From the IMG/VR virus record IMGVR_UViG_3300033067_000373, positions 1-31,033 of that record: a stretch of 31,033 nt of DNA, one strand, 5' to 3'. Numbering within the stretch: position 1 is the stretch's first letter; each line of letters starts with the position of its first letter. The notes under the pieces are model-generated. The model was not told where the DNA came from, made no database searches, and saw only the letters and a list, made by a program, of their open reading frames with translations. Positions 25,194-31,033 of the stretch are shown here, one piece after another. The DNA is from a virus. Its lineage: Duplodnaviria > Caudoviricetes. Made by a program: the position numbers and the translations under genes.

Positions 25194-27691
25194 GTTTCAA
25201 GGATTGCCTGAACCGAGCCGCCCTGCGCGGCATGATTAAAGAGGGTCGGCTTGCCGAGGCGATCGACATGTTCGATTCGATGGAGCGTGAATTTCTCGAC
25301 GCGGGCGTGCCTCCCGAGATTGCCGCGCGGCAAGCCGCCGAGCGCGTGACCGAGGCGGCAAAGGGCAATGCACTACGCCAGAAAAAGATTGCAGTTCTAT
25401 CCCATTCCGCCAAGCAGCGCATGGATGCCGACCTTGCTGGCTACCGCACGGTGAGCGGCAAGGAAAACTACATGGAGGCGCTGGCCAATAAGATCGAGAA
25501 CGATGGCACTGGCGCATTCCAGGGCGTAGAAAACCTGCGCATTGCCTACCGTGGCCGCTTGCATAAAATGGTTGCCGACTTCATCGCCGAGCATGGCAAG
25601 GGCATCGGGCTAAACCGTCGCAAGATGGAAGGGCTGGACGATGTAGGGCGCGCGCTATTCGGCGAGAAGGTCGAGAGCCAAACGGCGCGCGACTTCGCAG
25701 ATTCCATCAGCAAAACTTTCGAATATGCCCGCACCACGGCGAACGCGCTGGGCGCAGACATCGGCAAAAAAGAACGCTACGGCCTGCCGCAAACCCATAA
25801 CATTCTCAAGGTCAAAAAAGCTGGGCGCGATGCGTGGGTGCGCAAGGTAATGCCCGCGCTCGACTTCAAGTTGATGCGCGATGATGCGGGGCGCTCGCTT
25901 GCCACGATGGATATGCAGGGCAAGATCGACACGCTGCGCAAGGTATATGAAACCATTGCGACAGATGGCTACATCAAGAAACCGCGTGTGGCGGCTGGCA
26001 AGGGCGGCGGGCTGGCGAATCGCCTCGGCCAAAAACGCTTTCTTGAGTTCAAGGATTTCGATAGCTGGTCGAAGTATAATGACGAGTTCGGCGACGGCGA
26101 TGTGTTCTCGATCGTGGTGAACCATCTCGACGACATGGCGCGCAATATCGCCATGCTCGATGTATTCGGCCCTAACCCAGAAGCAATGTTTCGCTACGCC
26201 AAGCAAACCGCGCTGAATAAGGCGGCATCGAATGATGTGGCCAAGGGCGGCGGAATGGATGCAACCACCATCCTCAAGCAGCAGATTGAAGGGCGGCAGG
26301 TCGACGATATGTGGTCGCTGGCCAATATGCAAAACGGCATCCTGACAAACGACCGCCTAGGCTTTACCTTCGCAGGCATCCGAAACTTGCTGACTGCCGC
26401 GCAGCTTGGCTCGGCCACCCTCGCTGCCGTGCCTGGTGACATGGTGACAGTGCAGATGGCCAAAACCATGAGCAAGCTACCCGTGCATGACTTCATGCAG
26501 AATTACCTGAAAAACTGGGCAGACGGCGGAAGCCGTGAATTAGCCGTGCGCCTTGGCCTGATCGCCGAAGCAGCGACCGCAATCGCTGGCACGCATAACC
26601 GCTATGCAGGGGAACTGTTCGGGCCTGAGTGGACGCGCACGGTGAGTGATACGGTGATGCGCGCGAACGGGATGACAGGCCACACGCAGGCCGCGCGCTG
26701 GGCGCACGGCATGGAGTGGTTGGGGTATTTCGGCGATGCCAAGGGTAAGGCATTCGATGAACTGGAAGTGAAGGACGCGCTGCAGCGCGCAGGAATCACG
26801 AAGGCGGATTGGGACGAGTTCCGCAAGGTCGACCTGTATGAGCATGAGGGCGCGACGTTCCTGCGGCCCGACGACTTGATCGACCGCGCGGGCGTGCCGC
26901 CTGAAAAAGCGCGCCGCATCGCCGATAAGTTCCAAACCTTCGTGATGGATGAAATGCACCGCGCCGTTCCTGACTCCAGCCTGCGCTCGCGCGCGTTCCT
27001 GATAGGAGCAAGCCGCCCAGGTGGTATGTCTGGCGAAATCCTGCGCAGCTTCGCCATGTATAAAAACTTCCCCGTCACCATCACGATGATGCTTTACCGC
27101 AATATGATGATGCAGAGCGGCATGGCCTCGCGCATGGGATTTGCGGCCACCTACGGCCTGATGCTCACGGGCGTGGGCGCGCTTACGGTGCAGATGCAGC
27201 AGCTTGCCAAAGGCCGCGACCCTATCAGCATGAACCCCGCGAATAAGCACGGCCTCAAGTTTTGGGGGCAGGCGGCGCTCACGGGCGGCGGGCTTGGCAT
27301 CTGGGGTGACTTCTTATTCCGCGATGTGAACCGCTTTGGCGGCGGCATCGAGGGAACGCTGGCAGGCCCGATGGCTGGCTTTGCGGCTGATTCGCTCAAG
27401 CTGACGGTAGGTAATGCGCTGGAGGCAGTGCAGGGCAAGGACACGCACATAGGTGCGGAGGCGCTGAACTACGCGCGGCGCTACCTGCCAGGGGGCAACA
27501 TCTGGTATGCGCGCACTGTGTTGCAAAATGGCATCTTCGACGCGCTGCAGAAGGAAGTCGACCCCGATGCCTATGTGAAATGGCGCAGGCAACAAGGCAT
27601 GTATTTCAAGGACTATGGCCAGAAATCATGGTGGGATAGAGGGGCATTCACTCCAAAACGCGCGCCCGATCTGGCAAAAACTATCGAGTAG
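25190..27691 (+). CDS. Large ejection (internal virion) protein
   Basis: 833 aa. LPQ.H, FK....W..Y...FG, F..YK.FP, GG.GIWGD, GP..G, PG.N.WY. ATGA-coupled start at 25190. Confidence 0.8.
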   Translation: MSFKDCLNRAALRGMIKEGRLAEAIDMFDSMEREFLDAGVPPEIAARQAAERVTEAAKGNALRQKKIAVLSHSAKQRMDADLAGYRTVSGKENYMEALANKIENDGTGAFQGVENLRIAYRGRLHKMVADFIAEHGKGIGLNRRKMEGLDDVGRALFGEKVESQTARDFADSISKTFEYARTTANALGADIGKKERYGLPQTHNILKVKKAGRDAWVRKVMPALDFKLMRDDAGRSLATMDMQGKIDTLRKVYETIATDGYIKKPRVAAGKGGGLANRLGQKRFLEFKDFDSWSKYNDEFGDGDVFSIVVNHLDDMARNIAMLDVFGPNPEAMFRYAKQTALNKAASNDVAKGGGMDATTILKQQIEGRQVDDMWSLANMQNGILTNDRLGFTFAGIRNLLTAAQLGSATLAAVPGDMVTVQMAKTMSKLPVHDFMQNYLKNWADGGSRELAVRLGLIAEAATAIAGTHNRYAGELFGPEWTRTVSDTVMRANGMTGHTQAARWAHGMEWLGYFGDAKGKAFDELEVKDALQRAGITKADWDEFRKVDLYEHEGATFLRPDDLIDRAGVPPEKARRIADKFQTFVMDEMHRAVPDSSLRSRAFLIGASRPGGMSGEILRSFAMYKNFPVTITMMLYRNMMMQSGMASRMGFAATYGLMLTGVGALTVQMQQLAKGRDPISMNPANKHGLKFWGQAALTGGGLGIWGDFLFRDVNRFGGGIEGTLAGPMAGFAADSLKLTVGNALEAVQGKDTHIGAEALNYARRYLPGGNIWYARTVLQNGIFDALQKEVDPDAYVKWRRQQGMYFKDYGQKSWWDRGAFTPKRAPDLAKTIE

Positions 27692-27738
27692 AAAAACTGT
27701 AAAAATGTGATATTGTCACACAACATGTAGAGGGCATC

Positions 27739-29679
27739 ATGACCGTAGCTAACAACCAGTCGAAATACACCTACGATGGCAACGGTACGACTGGCCCGTG
27801 GAACTTCCCGCGCTATTTCATTCAGGATGCTGACCTGCAGGTGATTAAAACCAGCGCGGCTGGGGTTGATTCAACCTTGACCAATGCTGTCGACTATAAC
27901 CTGACTGGTGCAGGCAGCCCGACAGGTGGCTTTGCTACCACTACAGTCTCGGTCGCAGTGGGTGAGAAAATTACGGTAAGCGGCAACGTCGATTATGTGC
28001 AGGGCGATAGCTACCCAGAAACAGGGCTATTGCCCGCGAAAACCGTCGAGCGCGGCCTTGACCGCCTGACGATGATGGTTCAGCAGGTGAAGGAAATTAC
28101 GAACCGCTGCCTGCGCCTGCCAATTTCTTCTTTAATCACCAACTTTACTATCGCCGCTCCAGCCGCGAACTGTGCGCTGATTTATAACGCAACTGCTGAC
28201 GGTGTAGTGAATGGCCCAACGGCAAGCGAGATTTCTGGCGCAGCAGCAGCCGCTACAACGGCAACGACGAAAGCGGCGGAAGCTGCTGCGAGTGCCGCCG
28301 CCGCTGCACCCAACGCGAACTTCAATGCCAACAGCACGACAGGCACGAACGGTTACACTATCAACACGGGCAACACCAGCCTGCAGGCTGGGCATAAATA
28401 CAGCGTAAAATTCACACTTGCCCAAACGAACACCAACATCACGCTCACCGATACCAGCACTGCTGCTGGCGCAAAAAACGTGCGCTACTATGGCGTGGGT
28501 GGCACGCTGCAAGCCCCACCTGTCGGGACGATTACAGTCGGCTTCGTCGGTTTCTTCCTCTATGACGGCACAAACTTCATCCTGCTGAATCCGATGGCGA
28601 ACCTCAAGGGTCAGGATGTCGCCGCTGCCGCTACCACGGATTTCACGCAGCAGCATGGTGATTTTGTCAACCTGACTGGCACGACTGGCATCACTGCCAT
28701 GACCATGCAGTCTGGTCAGCAGATGTCGGTTTATTACACGGGCGCTGGGCTGAACATCACGCTTGGCGCATCGTTGGCAATGAATGGCCTGACATCAGGC
28801 ACGCTCGTGCTTCAAACGGGTGACGTTCTGGTTATTCGCCGCGATGGCACGGTAAGCCGAATCATCACGGTGATGCGCGCAAACGGTCGCCCTGCCAGCA
28901 TCACTGGTGCGGAGGCCACCATTGCCTCTGCTGCCACCACTGACATCGGCACGCTCGCCAGCAAACTTGTAAGCATAACAGGCACAACCAACATCACATC
29001 ATTTGGCTCGTCTGCAAACGTCATTGACCCCATTTATTTCATACAGTTTGCGGGTGCGCTGACGCTTACGCATAACGGCACCTCGCTAATTATTCCAGGC
29101 GCAGCGAATATTACCACAGCCGCGGGCGATATGGCCGTTGTAAAATACGAGGGCAGCGGCAACTGGCGCGTGCGCAACTATGTGAAGGCAAGCGGAATGC
29201 CTATCGCTAACGGCCTTACCATTATGACAAAGCGCACTCCCGGCGCTGTCACCACCGACCAAATGACCGGCATTCCTGCTGGTGTTAAGCGCGTAGTCAT
29301 TACCTTCATTAACATCACCAAAGGTGGCACCGGCGATTTCCTAGTCCAGTTCGGGCCATCCGGCGGTGTTGCGACAAGCGGATACGTGGGCGCATCTTTC
29401 CGCAATGGCGGTGGCGCAACAAACTACACCACTGGCATCGGCGGCAATATTTCGTGGGCGGCTTTGGGCGCAGGTTCTGGCTCGATACAGTTAGACTTGC
29501 TCGAGGCTGCCAGCAATACATGGTGCTATCAAGTAGTCATGGGTTCGTCGGCAGCATCAATCTTCCATGGCGCCGGGGCAGTTGTTTTAGCTGGTGCGCT
29601 TGAGCGCATCCTTCTCACCGACCTTGGCGGCGCACCTGGGAACTTCTCATCGGGAAGCTGGAACGTATCATACGAGTAG
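27739..29679 (+). CDS. Tail fibre/spike with T7 gp17-like N-terminal anchor
   Basis: Y.GNG.T..(F/W).F...DL.V...DY..TG.G...GG...E..LDRLTM..QQ, Ala linker, then Thr/Gly-rich beta domains. Confidence 0.9.
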   Translation: MTVANNQSKYTYDGNGTTGPWNFPRYFIQDADLQVIKTSAAGVDSTLTNAVDYNLTGAGSPTGGFATTTVSVAVGEKITVSGNVDYVQGDSYPETGLLPAKTVERGLDRLTMMVQQVKEITNRCLRLPISSLITNFTIAAPAANCALIYNATADGVVNGPTASEISGAAAAATTATTKAAEAAASAAAAAPNANFNANSTTGTNGYTINTGNTSLQAGHKYSVKFTLAQTNTNITLTDTSTAAGAKNVRYYGVGGTLQAPPVGTITVGFVGFFLYDGTNFILLNPMANLKGQDVAAAATTDFTQQHGDFVNLTGTTGITAMTMQSGQQMSVYYTGAGLNITLGASLAMNGLTSGTLVLQTGDVLVIRRDGTVSRIITVMRANGRPASITGAEATIASAATTDIGTLASKLVSITGTTNITSFGSSANVIDPIYFIQFAGALTLTHNGTSLIIPGAANITTAAGDMAVVKYEGSGNWRVRNYVKASGMPIANGLTIMTKRTPGAVTTDQMTGIPAGVKRVVITFINITKGGTGDFLVQFGPSGGVATSGYVGASFRNGGGATNYTTGIGGNISWAALGAGSGSIQLDLLEAASNTWCYQVVMGSSAASIFHGAGAVVLAGALERILLTDLGGAPGNFSSGSWNVSYE

Positions 29680-29687
29680 GATAATTT

Positions 29688-30218
29688 ATGACTGATTTTA
29701 CTATTGCTCAGATTAAGACACGCGCTGCATTTCTTGGGGCGAATATCACGCCGCGCGCCGACAAGATGCCAGCATTTTTGCAATCGCAGTTTGATGCGTT
29801 GCCAGAACCTGTGCAAGCATACCTGCTTGAGCAGGCCGCGGGCAATCAGCCCATCAAGCGTGGCGATTTATTCATGGGCATGGTTAGTGGCGCTCTCAAT
29901 TTATCCAGTGCAGAAACAGATGCTTTTTTAGCTGCCGCCTCGCCATCCATCCCATCAATTACCAAGCGCCAGTTTTTAATTCAGGCGGTGCAGGCCGGGA
30001 TTATTACAGCAGAGGATGCTGAATCTGGTGCAATCCCCACATCCATTGCCGCGATTTTTGATTCTTTGCCCCTTGAGCAAAAGATTGCCGCGCGTATTAC
30101 ATGGGCGAACATGACCACCATCGAGCGCGGCGAGCCGCTGGTAGCTGCTGCTGCCTTGGCTTTCGGCATGACCGAATCACAGATTGACAACTTCTTCCTG
30201 AAGGCAGCGACGCTATGA
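29688..30218 (+). CDS. Probable tail-fibre chaperone, internally duplicated
   Basis: Follows the fibre gene. IT.RQF...W.....IER..PLV......G.T..QID..F..AA.L pattern, with a degenerate first copy. Confidence 0.6.
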   Translation: MTDFTIAQIKTRAAFLGANITPRADKMPAFLQSQFDALPEPVQAYLLEQAAGNQPIKRGDLFMGMVSGALNLSSAETDAFLAAASPSIPSITKRQFLIQAVQAGIITAEDAESGAIPTSIAAIFDSLPLEQKIAARITWANMTTIERGEPLVAAAALAFGMTESQIDNFFLKAATL

Positions 30219-30565
30219 CCGTATTTGGCTCAGTCATCAAGGGATTGGAAACCCCTGACGATCAAGGGCGGGACTGGTACGGCTGGACTGCGAATCAAAT
30301 GGCGCACGCAATGCTTGGCGTTATCATCGCCCTGTATTTCCCCAATGCTCCGCTTCAAATGGCGATGATTGCTGCACTGCTCAAGGAGGGCGCTGACATC
30401 ATGCGCGTACCCATGGCAGCAACGGTGAAAGATTCGCTGTTGGATGCCACCTTCTGGCTTTTGGGGGCATGGGTAGCCTGTACCTCACATTTAACGCTAG
30501 TAGTCTGGTTTCTGGCATTCGCGTTGATCTGTGGTGTAATCCCCCGCGTTAGAAAGGGTGAGTAA
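30215..30565 (+). CDS. Small multi-pass membrane protein
   Basis: Hydrophobic helices containing AH...G, KE..D and D...D. Confidence 0.6.
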   Translation: MTVFGSVIKGLETPDDQGRDWYGWTANQMAHAMLGVIIALYFPNAPLQMAMIAALLKEGADIMRVPMAATVKDSLLDATFWLLGAWVACTSHLTLVVWFLAFALICGVIPRVRKGE

Positions 30566-30882
30566 TGGATGCTTTTCGTTTTAAGAAAGTCGAGGACACC
30601 CTTGTCATCCACGAGCGGCGACACGATGATAGTGAGCGCCGCCATAGCGAGGCGGAGGCGCGCATGGCAGCAACTGAAACTCTAGTCACGGCCATTCATA
30701 AAAGCACGGACACACAGGAGCGCATGATCGAGGTGGGTGAAAACATCATCCTCGCTTTGGGCTGGGCAGCGAAAGTTGCCAAGTGGATTCTGACGATAGT
30801 GGCATTTTTCGCTGCACTATACCAAGCGGTAAAGGTGGTGGCGGCAAAGATTCTGGCATTCAAGCTGACAGGTAGCTTATGA
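30565..30882 (+). CDS. Coiled-coil plus C-terminal TM protein (holin/anti-holin-like)
   Basis: Charged N-terminus, then WILTIVAFFAALYQAV. TAATG coupling. Confidence 0.55.
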   Translation: MDAFRFKKVEDTLVIHERRHDDSERRHSEAEARMAATETLVTAIHKSTDTQERMIEVGENIILALGWAAKVAKWILTIVAFFAALYQAVKVVAAKILAFKLTGSL

Positions 30883-31033
30883 ACTGGATGCGCTGGGTGG
30901 AGTTTTTCGAAGGCGAAAAAAACCGCCTGTCGATGACGCGCCTGCTGTGCTTCCTGTCGTTTTTTCCCGCTTCGTGGGTTGTAATTCAGGATGCTGGGGC
31001 AGATACACTCGGCTGGTATGTCGGCGCGTATGT
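30879..31033 (+). CDS. Putative holin-like membrane protein, partial
   Basis: MNWMRWVEFFEGEKNRLSMTRLLCFLSFFPASWVVI... Open to the window end. ATGA overlap. Confidence 0.5.
   Translation, partial: MNWMRWVEFFEGEKNRLSMTRLLCFLSFFPASWVVIQDAGADTLGWYVGAY

Noticed and set aside
27739-29679. Diversity-generating retroelement target, given the BPP-1-like head genes
   Set aside because: No reverse transcriptase, template/variable repeat pair or C-type lectin-like terminus in the window.
1-31033. tRNA, CRISPR array, integrase/att site, IS element
   Set aside because: None recognised. Intergenic gaps are too short apart from the capsid leader, which lacks tRNA D- and T-arm motifs.

Overview
The window is most of the genome of a tailed dsDNA phage or prophage with a podovirus-type (BPP-1/epsilon15/T7-like) virion module. 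CTTG-type -35 boxes and gene content suggest an alphaproteobacterial host, but this is an inference. Bases 1-5859 form a leftward early operon: YqaJ-like exonuclease (partial), ERF annealase, a TolA-like coiled-coil protein, an HNH endonuclease, an HD-domain small alarmone hydrolase split by one in-frame TAA, and several small ORFs. A divergent promoter region (about 5860-6012) is followed on the right by a 51-aa Arc-like ribbon-helix-helix gene missing from the ORF track, a replication initiator with phased GCTAGC repeats (likely origin), a helicase-loader-like gene, terS, three small inserted genes, terL, a GNAT, portal, scaffold, capsid (preceded by a structured leader), cement, tail adaptor and nozzle, a second GNAT-like gene, four ejection proteins (one with a GH108 lysozyme domain, one with a ParB/Srx-like domain), tail fibre, chaperone and membrane/lysis genes. 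No integrase, CI-type repressor, polymerase, tRNA or CRISPR array was seen. CCGG is almost absent except in the tail-fibre tip region. All family calls come from motif recognition by eye; no database search was run.
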